From: Myxococcales bacterium
Lineage (GTDB): Bacteria > Myxococcota_A > UBA9042
Reading direction: 5' to 3'
Assembly (NCBI GenBank): GCA_037441385.1
Contig: JBBISH010000015.1
Span: 10,256 to 74,255, forward strand
DNA length: 64,000 nucleotides
Under the pieces are notes generated by a model that was not told the DNA's origin, did not search any database, and saw only the letters and a list, made by a program, of their open reading frames with translations. This document shows positions 1-9,496 of the stretch, piece by piece. The translations under genes were made by a program, and so were the position numbers. Position 1 is the stretch's first letter. Each line of letters begins with the position of its first letter.

Positions 1-779
1 AGCTCTTTGGGCACTTCGGCGTTGAGTTCGGACGGCGGCGGCACCTCGGCGCGCAGCACGTTGTTCAAAGTCTCGAAGTCGGAATCACCGACGAAAAGCC
101 GTTTGCCGGTCAGCATCTCCCAAAGGCAGACGCCCAACGCGAACAGATCGGATCGCGGATCGAGGTTCTTGCCGCGCGCCTGCTCGGGGCTCATGTAGGC
201 GCACTTGCCCTTGACGGTGCCGACGCGGGTCTTGGTAGAGCGCGCGGCGGCCTTGGCGATGCCGAAGTCCATGATCTTGACTTCGCCGTTGAACGACACC
301 ATCACGTTGTGGGGCGAGACGTCGCGGTGGATGATGCTGAGCGGCTGGCCGTCAACGACGCGTTTGTGGGCGTAATCCAAGCCTTTGCTCGCCTCGATCA
401 TGATGTAGACGGCCTGAGCGATCGACAGCGCCCTGCCCAGCTTGGCGCCTTGGTCGAGCACGCGCTTCAGATCGCGGCCCTCTACGTACTCCATGGCGAT
501 GTAGAACAGGCCTTCGACTTCGTCGAAATCGAAGATCTGGACGACGTTGGCGTGGTTGAGGTGCGAGGCGACCTTGGCCTCGTCCTTGAACATGGTGACG
601 AAGCCCTCTTCTTCGCAGAAGTGCGGAAGAATGCGCTTGATCACCACTACTTTTTCAAAGCCCTCGGCACCCAGGCTCTTGGCGCGAAAGATCTCGGCCA
701 TGCCGCCCATGGCGATCTTGGCCGTAAGGATGTAGCGGCCGAACTGCTGCGGGAAAACCGAGGAAATACCGGTAGCCAT
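1..779 (-). CDS. Hanks-type Ser/Thr protein kinase (myxobacterial Pkn type); 3' end runs off the window
   Basis: Not in the ORF track because there is no stop in the window. Manual minus-strand translation from ATG at 779: MATGISSVFPQQFGRYILTAKIAMGGMAEIFRAK...VVIKRILP...HRDVSPHNV...DFGIAK...GKCAYMSPEQ...SDLFALG (kinase subdomains I-IX). Confidence 0.95.
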   Translation of the reverse strand, partial: MATGISSVFPQQFGRYILTAKIAMGGMAEIFRAKSLGAEGFEKVVVIKRILPHFCEEEGFVTMFKDEAKVASHLNHANVVQIFDFDEVEGLFYIAMEYVEGRDLKRVLDQGAKLGRALSIAQAVYIMIEASKGLDYAHKRVVDGQPLSIIHRDVSPHNVMVSFNGEVKIMDFGIAKAAARSTKTRVGTVKGKCAYMSPEQARGKNLDPRSDLFALGVCLWEMLTGKRLFVGDSDFETLNNVLRAEVPPPSELNAEVPKE

Positions 780-913
780 GCGTTCTCCGGGGTGGTCGCG
801 ACCCAATGGATCGCCCCAGGCGGACTCGATGCAGACCCAGTGCAGGAGGGCGACGCTGGTGGGCGGCGCGGAACGGCAAACCCCGGACGACGCTACGGAA
901 TTCTACCGAGCAA

Positions 914-943
914 CCGCCCAGAGTACTGCCGCCCAGAGTACTG
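914..943. repeat. Perfect 15-bp tandem duplication (CCGCCCAGAGTACTG x2) upstream of the kinase gene
   Basis: Read directly: 914-928 and 929-943 are identical. Confidence 0.85.
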
Positions 944-1258
944 GGTGCCGGACGGGGAGGATGCGGACCGCGTCCCTGGCATTATCGCCAACCCGCCGGG
1001 ATCCAGGACGGTACCACGGGCCGCACGACCCGACAAGAACTGCGACCGCGCAAGCGGCGCGAGACAGCCTGGATCTGCGGAGATGGGCAGGTTGGGCACG
1101 CTGACCCGGGCCCGTCCGTCCTGGGCTGGGCGCGGCCCGTTTGATCCCCTGACCACGCCGGTGCAGCGCGGCAGTCCGCCGCTGGCGGGCGACGGGGTGG
1201 AGGCCATCTCGGGCTCGCCGCGGGGCGGCGGTGCGGCACACGGATCGGGTGGACGTCG

Positions 1259-1543
1259 CTACGCCTCGGGATCTTTCATGTCCGAGATCAGCCGGGCCCA
1301 GATTTCGGCGTCGAGCAAACCCTCGGTGTCCGCGTCGGCGGCAAAAGTCTCGCGGTTCGACCCGCCTTGCGTGCATTCAAAGCACACCATCGATTTGACG
1401 CGCAGGGCGTTGGCGTTCATGTAGTCGTCGAGGCAGACCGAGAGCGCCAGCGTGCGGTTGCGGTGCAGGCAGCGGAAGGCGTCGTTGAGTCGGCGTGGCC
1501 GATTGGCGTCGTCGAGAATCGTGGCGGGCAGCAGTGAGGACAT
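1259..1543 (-). CDS. Small (94 aa) hypothetical protein with four Cys, possibly metal-binding
   Basis: ATG at 1543 is preceded by an SD-like GGAGAAGAG. Sequence includes FRCLHRNRTLALSVCLDDYMNANA...VCFECTQG. Codon usage is GC3-rich. Confidence 0.7.
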   Translation of the reverse strand: MSSLLPATILDDANRPRRLNDAFRCLHRNRTLALSVCLDDYMNANALRVKSMVCFECTQGGSNRETFAADADTEGLLDAEIWARLISDMKDPEA

Positions 1544-1935
1544 CTCTTCTCCGAGGCCGTTCGCGGCGGCCAGAAGTAGATGGCGTACCTTGCGGCGTGC
1601 TCCGGCGGACTTGCGGGGGCACAGGACAGGATACGCAGCGTGCAACCGGTGCTCGGCGGTGCCCGCCTTGGTCTGGCCCGCTGGGTTAGCTGGGCCGGCT
1701 GGGCGGGGCGGCGAGTCTCGGTTCAACTGAACCGAAAACCGGTGGATATTCGACCACTTCTTGCGACCTGCAGGCGACCAATTCGTGGCCGCGTCGCGCT
1801 GCGGCGCTGGACCGCAAGGGGTGGGCAGGCATCCGGGCGCGGAGCATACAGGCGGCCGAGCCGAGGTCAAGGAGAAAACGACACGTTCGTGGCAGCCTCG
1901 TGCGATTGCCATGGCGTTGCGATGGCAAGGGGCCG

Positions 1936-1964
1936 TGGACGCGGGCCGGGGCGCGCGCTAGGCT
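1936..1964 (+). promoter_or_regulatory. Putative sigma70-type promoter for the matrixin-like gene
   Basis: TGGACG (1936-1941), N17, TAGGCT (1959-1964). Confidence 0.45.
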
Positions 1965-1966
1965 GA

Positions 1967-2094
1967 TATCCGATCCGTTCAAATCGGATTGAAAAACTCG
2001 GCAATTCTTGAGGCACGAACCGGGGTCCCCTCCTGATTCTCGCCAGTTGCAGAACGGGTGGGGCCGTAGAGGCGCGAACCAGGTGGGGTTCGTA
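1967..2094 (+). repeat. Dispersed repeat family II, copy A (~128 bp, TA-bounded)
   Basis: Homologous to 63082-63213, 53749-53882, 13950-14066 (reverse complement) and partly 16853-16975 (reverse complement). Core is GAACCGGGGTCCCC.CCTGATTCTCGCCAGTTGCA. Confidence 0.85.
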
Positions 2095-2102
2095 GGAGTT
2101 GC

Positions 2103-4127
2103 ATGAGCAATACCCTTTGGCTTTCTGGCGCACACGGGGAGTCCAGTCAAGGCCGCAAATCGGTGCGCGGACTGGCGTTGGCCGCGGTGGCGGCTCTGAC
2201 GGCTTGGTCCGCACCCGCGCAAGCCTTTGATGTGCACCGCGACGAGTCTGGGCGGGTCTTGACCTTTCCGCAGCGCAGCGTGGCCGTGTACGTGCGGCCG
2301 ACCGGCCTGCCCGCGGGGGTCACCGTGCCGATGCTGCTGGGCGCAGTGGAGGCCGCGCTAGACACCTGGGCCAAGGTGCCGGGAACCCAGAGTCCGCTGG
2401 TCTTTGCCGGGCTGACCGCCGAGCCGACAGGTTTTGACGTCGATATCGCCTTTGAGAACAAATACAAGGTAGTCGACGGCGAAGTGCTGGCCAAGACCCG
2501 CCGCTGGGCCAATAGCGACGGCAAGCTGGTGCGTGCGGAAATTCGCCTGAACTCTAGGGATGTTCAGTGGATCAAGACCACAGCGAGCAACTCGACGCAG
2601 GTGACCGCGGACTTGCAGGGGGTGTTGACGCACCACGTGGGCCACGCGCTGGGCCTGGATCACAGCCGCCATGCCGACGCGAGCATGTACTTCTACGGCA
2701 CCAGCAAAACGCTGCGCACCTTGTCCGTGGACGATCAGCGCGGCATGCACTGGCTGTGGCCGACCACGGGCGAACACCCCCACGACGGCGGTCAATGCGA
2801 CGCGTGCGAGACCGACGCCGACTGCAGCGGCGGCGCGTGCCTGGCCTGGCCCGACGGCCGGCGCAGCTGCGCCCCGGATTGCACGGGCAGCGACGACTGC
2901 GGGTTGGGCTACAGCTGCGGTCACTTCGCCTCGGGCCAGGCGTGTTTGCCCAACGACGGCGCCTGCCAGCCCGACAGCGCCAAATCGGGCCTGGGCGGGG
3001 CGTGCGCCAGCGATCTGGCCTGCGGCGCGGGCTACTGCATGCCTGCATCGCCGACCGGCTTTTGCACCGCGACCTGCGACATCTGCAACGCGCCCGGCCA
3101 GTGCTTCGATACCAGCGTGGGACCGCTGTGTTTGGTGCGCGGCAACGCGGCGCTTGGCGAGCCCTGCTTTGTGCCCGGCGACTGCCAGAGCTTCCAATGC
3201 GCCGCGACCATGCAGGGCGGCGGGCGCTGCACCCGTAGCTGCAGCCAAGGTTGCCCCAGCAACTGGCAGTGCGGCATCGACTCGCAGTGTGTGCCGGACA
3301 AATCGCCGGGCACCTTACCGATCGGCTGGCCCTGCCGCAGCGCGTTTGACTGCCAGTCGGGCATCTGCCTGACCACCGCAGGCGGCCGCTTTGAGAAAAC
3401 CTGCACGGTCAGCTGCGCGGTGGCGTCTGCCTGTCCCGTCGGCACCGGCTGCACCGCGATCAGCGACCAAAACTGGTGCCTACCCTCGGCCCTGGCCCCA
3501 GCCACGGAGGGACTGCCCTGCCCTGCGTCGGGCCAGTGTGGCTCGGGGATGGTGTGCGACGACGGGCCCCTTCCCGACTTGCCGGTGTGCCGCAAGGCCT
3601 GCGCCCCGTTCGCGGCGGAATCGGGCTGCGCCAGCGGCCAGATCTGCGTGTTCAAAGGCGGACAGCCGGCGGTCGGCGCCTGTCGCACCCCCGTAGCCGA
3701 TCGCCGCGCCGTGGGCGCACCGTGCACGGCCTACGATGTGTGCGCCGACGATCTTGTGTGTGTGGCGATGACCGCGGCCAGCGGAACCTGCCGGGCCGAC
3801 TGCGATCCCAAAAGCAGCACCTGCGCCGCCAATGAACTGTGCGTGGCGTTGGCGGCCGGCGGACGCGGGGCCTGTGTGCCGGCCGGCAGCGTGACCACGG
3901 CCGATCCCCTGGCGGAAGTGGCACCCGTCAAAGAGAAGCTGCCCAACACTGCGGCGCGCACGCTGAACCTGCCGAACGTGGTCAAAGCCAGCGTGTGGAA
4001 GCCCAAGCCGGCAAGCGCAGAGACGGCAGGTGGTTGCCAGAGCGGTGCGCCGTTGGACCGCGCGGCCGCGGCTTGGCTGTTGGCGGCGGCCGCGGCTGTG
4101 GTGCGCTGGCGGCGGCGCCGGGGCTAG
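2103..4127 (+). CDS. Secreted matrixin (M10/metzincin)-like protein with Cys-rich repeats and a MYXO-CTERM-like C-terminus
   Basis: SD AGGAG; signal peptide ending AQA; zinc motif HHVGHALGLDH with Met-turn ASMY; many Cys-rich modules; C-terminal GGC-TM-RWRRRRG. Confidence 0.85.
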   Translation: MSNTLWLSGAHGESSQGRKSVRGLALAAVAALTAWSAPAQAFDVHRDESGRVLTFPQRSVAVYVRPTGLPAGVTVPMLLGAVEAALDTWAKVPGTQSPLVFAGLTAEPTGFDVDIAFENKYKVVDGEVLAKTRRWANSDGKLVRAEIRLNSRDVQWIKTTASNSTQVTADLQGVLTHHVGHALGLDHSRHADASMYFYGTSKTLRTLSVDDQRGMHWLWPTTGEHPHDGGQCDACETDADCSGGACLAWPDGRRSCAPDCTGSDDCGLGYSCGHFASGQACLPNDGACQPDSAKSGLGGACASDLACGAGYCMPASPTGFCTATCDICNAPGQCFDTSVGPLCLVRGNAALGEPCFVPGDCQSFQCAATMQGGGRCTRSCSQGCPSNWQCGIDSQCVPDKSPGTLPIGWPCRSAFDCQSGICLTTAGGRFEKTCTVSCAVASACPVGTGCTAISDQNWCLPSALAPATEGLPCPASGQCGSGMVCDDGPLPDLPVCRKACAPFAAESGCASGQICVFKGGQPAVGACRTPVADRRAVGAPCTAYDVCADDLVCVAMTAASGTCRADCDPKSSTCAANELCVALAAGGRGACVPAGSVTTADPLAEVAPVKEKLPNTAARTLNLPNVVKASVWKPKPASAETAGGCQSGAPLDRAAAAWLLAAAAAVVRWRRRRG

Positions 4128-4595
4128 ATAGCCGATCAAGTTAGACTTTCTCCGCGCATCCGGGCCGTCGAAATCGGCGCGGCGAATCGCCGCAGGCGCT
4201 CGCTTGCGCTCCAGTTGGGGCTGAAGGCGCGACCGCAGAGCGAATTGCTGAACGACTGGTCGGAAATTGATCGAGTCTCTAGAGAGCGGATCAATTTAGA
4301 CATTCTCCGCGCATCCGAGCCCTCGAACTCGGCGCGGCGAGTCGCCGCAGGCGCTCGCTCGCGCCCCACTTGGGGGCTAGAGACGCGGCCAGAAGAGGAA
4401 ACTACTAAACAAATGATCAGTAATTGGTCGCGTCTCTAGAGACCGGACCAATTACTGTACACTCGTTCAGTTCTTGGATGTTCTGGTCAGGTCTCTCGGT
4501 GCCAGGTGGGTCGCAAGCTCGCCCCGTTGGAGACTCGCCGCTCCAATTGCGGCGGGTCCGGCGCGGCGAAGAACTCAAATTGACCCGCTCTCTAG
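4124..4595. mobile_element. Tandem cluster of three ~156-bp MITE-like elements (family I) sharing CTAG junctions, oriented +,+,-
   Basis: CTAG at 4124, 4279, 4436 and 4592 (periods 155/157/156). Each unit has TIRs CTAGAGAnCnGAYCAATT...AATTGRTCnnGTCTCTAG. Interiors of units 1 and 2 align directly; unit 3 aligns as the reverse complement. Confidence 0.8.
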
Positions 4596-6490
4596 ACCGT
4601 GCGGCGGCGGCGGATCAGCAGCGCGACGGCGGCGATCAGGCCAGCCAGGGCGCCCGGGAAACCGGCGCTGCCGCTGCTGCAGCTGCTGGACGACGACGAC
4701 GTGGTGGTGGTCGCCGGCGTAGAGGTGGTGTCTGCGCTGCCTTTGGCATCGGCGCCGCCCGGGGCAACGATCGTGCTGGCGTGCGGATCCCACTTGACCG
4801 CCGGCAACTTGGCCTTGAACTCCGTGGTCAGGCTGGGCTTGCCAAGCGTGGCGTTGTTGAGCTCGGCGTCGACCTTGTCGGCCACGCTTTGGTCGACGGC
4901 GAGCGGAGGCCCGCTCTCGTCCAGGACCTGCAGCTTGGCCAGGGGCTGACCACCGCCAGCGACGAGCGGACCGGTGCCGTTGCCCAGACCGACCGGAGTG
5001 CCAAAGCCAGGGCCGTTCATGCAGCCTTGCTGCTCTTTGGCAATGGGCAGCGTCAGCTCGAAGCCGTCGGCAAAGGTGATCTTGGCCGAGGTGGCCGAGG
5101 TCTTGCCGGCTTCGCAGATCGGCACCGCGTCGGCCGTGTGCACGTTGTTCACCGCGGGCAGATCCGGGTTCACAGCGAAAATCGGGTCCTTGGTCATTTC
5201 TTCGGCCGAAAGGGTCGTGTACAGGCGCGTGAGCCAGCCGCCGGCCTGATATTGCTTGTCTAGCACCTTGAGCGGCTGGATGACCAGTTGATCCAGGTCC
5301 TTGGCAAAGGCGGCCGCGTCAAAGCCGGCCGCGACCGCCGCGTCGAAGTAGGCCTTGCAGCCCGAATCGGGCGAAGCGGTATTGTAGTTCTGGATGCAGC
5401 CGTAGAACTCTTGATCGCTGATGTCTTTGTAGGCGTCGGGCTTCTTGATGTACTTCTTGATCAGGTTCTGCATCTGCACCGTGCGCGGCAGCTGCATCTG
5501 GAACATCGCGGCGAGGAACTGCGCCGGATCGGTCAGGCCGGCGAGCTTGGCCACGTCCCAGCCGGGCTGGGCAAACTGCATCGAGACCTCGCTGGTCTTC
5601 TTGGCGAATTCGGTCAGGAACGCGTGGCCCGAGCCCTGATCGACGGCCTTGCTGACCACGGTCTTGTAGTTGCCACCGCTGGTGAACCAGTCGACCGCCG
5701 CCTCGTTGAGCTCGACGTGCAGGTAGTTCTTGGGGATGGCCCGCGCCTTGTCGATGACCCACGCGACGATCGGCATGTCGGGCTGAGTGGCCAGCGCGGT
5801 CAGACGGATCGGCAGGCACGGCGAATCTTCGGCGACGGTGAGACTGACGGGGACCAAGTCACCGGTACCCTTGTCTTTTTTGAGCTTCAGGGCCAGGAAC
5901 ACGTAGTTCTTCTGCGCGTAGCTGGTAATCAACGGCGCGGTCGAGGCCGGCTGAACAAACTTGTTGTCGTTGAGCCACTTGACGATGGCGTCGCCCGAGC
6001 TGCCTTGCAGCAGCGCGTAATCGTACGGACCCACGGAGTCCTGGGCCAACACCTTGACGCCACTGCCCCCGTCGGCGTTGGGCGGCCCGCCGCCTGCGGC
6101 AGCGTAGTAGCAGATCGGCGGCTGGCACTTGCCGTCGCCCTTCCAGTTGAGCTGGAAGCTGGGCGAGGTGTACTGCTCGAGCATTTGGAAAATGGTGTCG
6201 GAGCCGACCGCGATGTCCTTGCCGTCGGCTGTCTTTTCTGGCGCTTTGGTCAACGGCAGGACCCAGCTGAAGTTCTGATCGTCGCCCTTGTACGAGATCT
6301 GCACGTGGAGCGTGATCTTGCCGGCCTCGTGGACGTACAGAATGCGCTCGGCGCTTTGATCGACGGGCTGGGTAAAGCAGAAGAAGCCGCCGCAGGCCCA
6401 GGCGGGCATGGCAGCGAGCAGGCCAAGGCCAAGCAGGGATAGGGAGAGAAGGGTCGCGCGCAACGAGCGCGCCACGAGTCGGGGCGTCAT
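4592..6490 (-). CDS. DUF2330 domain protein with MYXO-CTERM-like sorting signal
   Basis: Signal peptide then ACGGFFC...VDQSAERI; FSWVLP; PCLPIRLTA; LTRLYTTLS..EMTKDP.F; Ser/Thr linker, SSC-TM-RRRR C-terminus. Confidence 0.85.
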   Translation of the reverse strand: MTPRLVARSLRATLLSLSLLGLGLLAAMPAWACGGFFCFTQPVDQSAERILYVHEAGKITLHVQISYKGDDQNFSWVLPLTKAPEKTADGKDIAVGSDTIFQMLEQYTSPSFQLNWKGDGKCQPPICYYAAAGGGPPNADGGSGVKVLAQDSVGPYDYALLQGSSGDAIVKWLNDNKFVQPASTAPLITSYAQKNYVFLALKLKKDKGTGDLVPVSLTVAEDSPCLPIRLTALATQPDMPIVAWVIDKARAIPKNYLHVELNEAAVDWFTSGGNYKTVVSKAVDQGSGHAFLTEFAKKTSEVSMQFAQPGWDVAKLAGLTDPAQFLAAMFQMQLPRTVQMQNLIKKYIKKPDAYKDISDQEFYGCIQNYNTASPDSGCKAYFDAAVAAGFDAAAFAKDLDQLVIQPLKVLDKQYQAGGWLTRLYTTLSAEEMTKDPIFAVNPDLPAVNNVHTADAVPICEAGKTSATSAKITFADGFELTLPIAKEQQGCMNGPGFGTPVGLGNGTGPLVAGGGQPLAKLQVLDESGPPLAVDQSVADKVDAELNNATLGKPSLTTEFKAKLPAVKWDPHASTIVAPGGADAKGSADTTSTPATTTTSSSSSSCSSGSAGFPGALAGLIAAVALLIRRRRTV

Positions 6491-6613
6491 GATCGGTTCC
6501 TGATGGGACTCACCGGCGGTCCAGCGTCCTCTAGGGTATGGCCGGCCGGGCAATTGGTCAAAGCTCTGACTGGATCGCCGGTTGGCGCCGGGGTCTGCTC
6601 GCCGCAGTGCGGC

Positions 6614-6835
6614 TCAATTGGGCAGATCGTCGCCGCCTTGGCCCAGTTCGCCCGTCGACGGCCCGTCGCGCTCGGTCTCGTCCGGGCCCGCAGGGATGCG
6701 GTAGCTCTCTGTCAGCCACTCGCCCAAATCGATGGTGCGGCAGCGGGCGCTGCAAAACGGGAACACCGGGTTGACGCTGCGTTCGGCGACGGGGCCGCGG
6801 CAAGTGGGGCACTGGGGGCTGGACGGGTTACTCAT
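6614..6835 (-). CDS. yacG: DNA gyrase inhibitor YacG (zinc finger)
   Basis: CPTC...FPFCSARCRTIDLGEWLTESYRIP signature; start overlaps the stop of the upstream permease. Confidence 0.9.
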   Translation of the reverse strand: MSNPSSPQCPTCRGPVAERSVNPVFPFCSARCRTIDLGEWLTESYRIPAGPDETERDGPSTGELGQGGDDLPN

Positions 6836-9473
6836 AGCCAAGGGCCTCGACGATAGCGATGCGCGCGGCGACGCGGGCGGGGTAGGCCGCTGCCAGAACG
6901 CCCACCGCCACCAAGGTCAGGGCATACGCGCCGATCCACAGGGGATCCACATGGACGGGCACTTCCCAGCCGGCGTCTTGGCGAGACACGACGTGGAGCA
7001 AGATCGCCCCGTTGGCCAGGCCGACCGCCGTGCCGATCACCGCGCCGACCAACGACAAGCCCAGGGACTCGACCAAGATCAGCTTGACGAGCTGGCGCCG
7101 CAACATGCCAATGGCCCGCAGAACACCGATCTCGCGCATGCGATCGAGCACGGCAGTGAGCAGGGTGTTGACGACGCTGAGCAAGGCGATCAGGACCGTC
7201 ACCGCCTCTAGGGCGCGCATCACGTCGAACAGCTGACCGATCATCCGCTTGATCTCGGTGCGGAATTCGGCATTGGTGAGCACGAACAGGCGGTAGGGCT
7301 TGCCGTAGCGGGCCAGGATGTCGCTGCGCACCTTTTCGAGCGAGGCGCCTGGCTCGATGTACGGTTCAAAGGTGTCGACCAGGGGATCGCGCCAGTGTTC
7401 GACGTACAGGCGACGGTCCAGAAACACCGCGCCTTGGTCGCTGGAGTAGTCGACGATCGCACCCAGAATCAGAAACTTCTCAAGACCTTGCGGAGTCTGC
7501 AGCTCAACTTGATCGCCCGGCGCTAGGCCGAACCGGTGCGACAGCGTCTCGGAGATGATCACGCCCTCGCCGCGCTGCATCCGCGCGATCACCGTGCCTT
7601 TGTCGCCCAGCCAACGCGACACCGTCCACGCGGTTTGATGCATGGTAAAGCGGATGTGCACGTCGATGGACAGCAGCAGGATCTGGGTGTCGCGGAAGTC
7701 GACGTTGCGCAATCGCACCAAGTCAACGCCGCGCACGCCCGGGATACTGGCGATTTTCTGGGCCAGTTCGGGTTCCAGCGGCTGGTTCTTGGTCCCGCCC
7801 AGGCGAGCATTGCTGGTGACAAAAAGGTCTGCCGGCACCGCCTGTTCAACCCACTGGTCGATGCTGCGCTGGAAGCTACCGGTCATCGTCGACGACGCCA
7901 CCACCATCGACAGACCGACCATCAGCGAGGCCACGGTCACCGCGCCCTTTTCGGCGTTGCGCGCGACATTGTCGGCGGCGAGGCGACCTTGCAGGCCGAA
8001 CAACCGGCTGGCCACCGGCGCAAAGGCGCGATTGAACAAGGCCACGGCCGTGCGCGACCAAAGCGTCGCGGCCAGCAAGATCAAGCCCATCGAGGCGATG
8101 CCGAACCAGGGAAATCCAGCAATCACAGGCCCTTGCGCAACCGCGGGCGCGGCGATCGCCAGGACCAGCGCCACCCCGTCGCGCGCCGACAGTAGCCGTT
8201 TGTGCGCCGTTTCGTGGCCAAAGGCCGGGGTGCGAATCGTCTCGACCGGGCTGAGGCGACTGGCCGCGCGCGCCGGCACCAGCGCCGCCAGCGTGGACGA
8301 CAACGTGCCGAGCAAGACTGCAGCCACTTGGACCACTGGCTCGATGATGACTTCTTGAGCATGGACACGGACATAGATGTCGGTGATCGGGCCCGCGGCC
8401 TGCTGCAGCAGGAACTGCGCCAGGTAGCGACCCAGCGCCACCCCGACGAGCGACCCGACCAGGCCAAAACCCGCGCCCTCCAAGGTGAACAGCTGCACGA
8501 CTTGGCGGCGAGTGGCGCCGCTGGCGCGCAGGATGCCGATTTCGCTCCGCCGCTGCGCCACCGAGATCGATAGCGTGTGGTAGATCAGAAACATACCGAC
8601 CAACAAGGCAATTCCGGCACCAATCGTCAGCCCCAGGTGGAAGGAGCGGAGCAGATGCTGCTGGCGGGCCTGGCGGGCCGAGGGCGGTTCGACCTGGTAG
8701 CGATTGCCCGTGGCCTGGCGGAGGCGTTTGGCCAGAGCCTCGATCTCGCCCTCTTTTTCTGGATCCGCGGCGGCAACGTCGATGCGATCGACGCGGCCGG
8801 CCAGCCCAAAAATCTCTTGAGCGTCGATGTAATCCAAGATGGCCAAGTTGCCACCAAAGGCCTTGTGCGGTCCGCGCGCCGGCACCACCGCGTACAGGGT
8901 AAAGGGCTGCGCGCCCTCCTTGGTCAGCAGATCGATGGTATCGCCCTGTTTCTTTTGGTACTTCTGAGCAAACGTGTCGCTGACGATGAGTTGCCGTTGC
9001 CGGTCCAGTACATCCAGCGGGTTGGCCAGTTCCTCGTCGGCCGCCGTCTTGGCCGGTCTTTGGGTCTGCTCGCGGTCGACGCCATACAAGGTCTTGAGCA
9101 CTTTGGGATCTTCGGTGAAGTTGATCCCCAGCAGCGACACGGCCTCGCCGGCCCGCAACCCCTGAGGGTCGCCCGCTTGGTCCAAGTCCAGGCTGCGCTG
9201 GATCGCCACGCTGGCACAGCGCACGCCGGGGACCTTGCGAACGGTATCCAGAACGTCTTCGGGCAACCCGGTGTCGCCGCCGCGCACCTCGAGGTGGACG
9301 CTGCCGCCGACCTCGCCCAGCGTGCTACGGAAGCTATCGAGAATACTACGGTTGGTCGCAACCACCGCCACCAGCACCGCGACCCCGAGCGCCACGCCCA
9401 GTACGGTCATGGCGCTGCGCAAGCGGTGCTCGGCAACCCTACGCAGTGAAATGGGCAGAAGGAGGTGGCGCAT
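6828..9473 (-). CDS. ABC transporter permease, duplicated MacB/FtsX type
   Basis: Two MacB-PCD/FtsX repeats; motifs QRRSEIGILRASGA and DRMREIGVLRAIGM; 881 aa. Confidence 0.9.
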   Translation of the reverse strand: MRHLLLPISLRRVAEHRLRSAMTVLGVALGVAVLVAVVATNRSILDSFRSTLGEVGGSVHLEVRGGDTGLPEDVLDTVRKVPGVRCASVAIQRSLDLDQAGDPQGLRAGEAVSLLGINFTEDPKVLKTLYGVDREQTQRPAKTAADEELANPLDVLDRQRQLIVSDTFAQKYQKKQGDTIDLLTKEGAQPFTLYAVVPARGPHKAFGGNLAILDYIDAQEIFGLAGRVDRIDVAAADPEKEGEIEALAKRLRQATGNRYQVEPPSARQARQQHLLRSFHLGLTIGAGIALLVGMFLIYHTLSISVAQRRSEIGILRASGATRRQVVQLFTLEGAGFGLVGSLVGVALGRYLAQFLLQQAAGPITDIYVRVHAQEVIIEPVVQVAAVLLGTLSSTLAALVPARAASRLSPVETIRTPAFGHETAHKRLLSARDGVALVLAIAAPAVAQGPVIAGFPWFGIASMGLILLAATLWSRTAVALFNRAFAPVASRLFGLQGRLAADNVARNAEKGAVTVASLMVGLSMVVASSTMTGSFQRSIDQWVEQAVPADLFVTSNARLGGTKNQPLEPELAQKIASIPGVRGVDLVRLRNVDFRDTQILLLSIDVHIRFTMHQTAWTVSRWLGDKGTVIARMQRGEGVIISETLSHRFGLAPGDQVELQTPQGLEKFLILGAIVDYSSDQGAVFLDRRLYVEHWRDPLVDTFEPYIEPGASLEKVRSDILARYGKPYRLFVLTNAEFRTEIKRMIGQLFDVMRALEAVTVLIALLSVVNTLLTAVLDRMREIGVLRAIGMLRRQLVKLILVESLGLSLVGAVIGTAVGLANGAILLHVVSRQDAGWEVPVHVDPLWIGAYALTLVAVGVLAAAYPARVAARIAIVEALGYE

Positions 9474-9496
9474 CCAGGCGGATCAGTTCTGCAGGG

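Noticed and set aside
870..900. GGCAAACC resembling a c-di-GMP-I riboswitch
   Set aside because: No following GNRA-capped stem or second conserved block, and it is on the opposite strand to the adjacent kinase gene.
309..1424. 371-aa plus-strand ORF, and the many other long antisense ORFs (e.g. 12122-13996, 24460-27198, 38166-40208, 59748-62471)
   Set aside because: Shadow ORFs opposite well-supported genes, as expected in high-GC DNA; no recognisable motifs.
1906..1928. TTGCC...GGCAA inverted repeat, also seen at 11666-11686
   Set aside because: Spacer lengths differ (13 vs 9 nt) and the arms are short, so a shared operator is not supportable.
4124..4595. CRISPR array (regularly spaced palindromic ~32-bp repeats)
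   Set aside because: The intervening ~125-bp segments are homologous to each other (one inverted) and too long for spacers, and there are no cas genes. A tandem MITE-like reading fits better.
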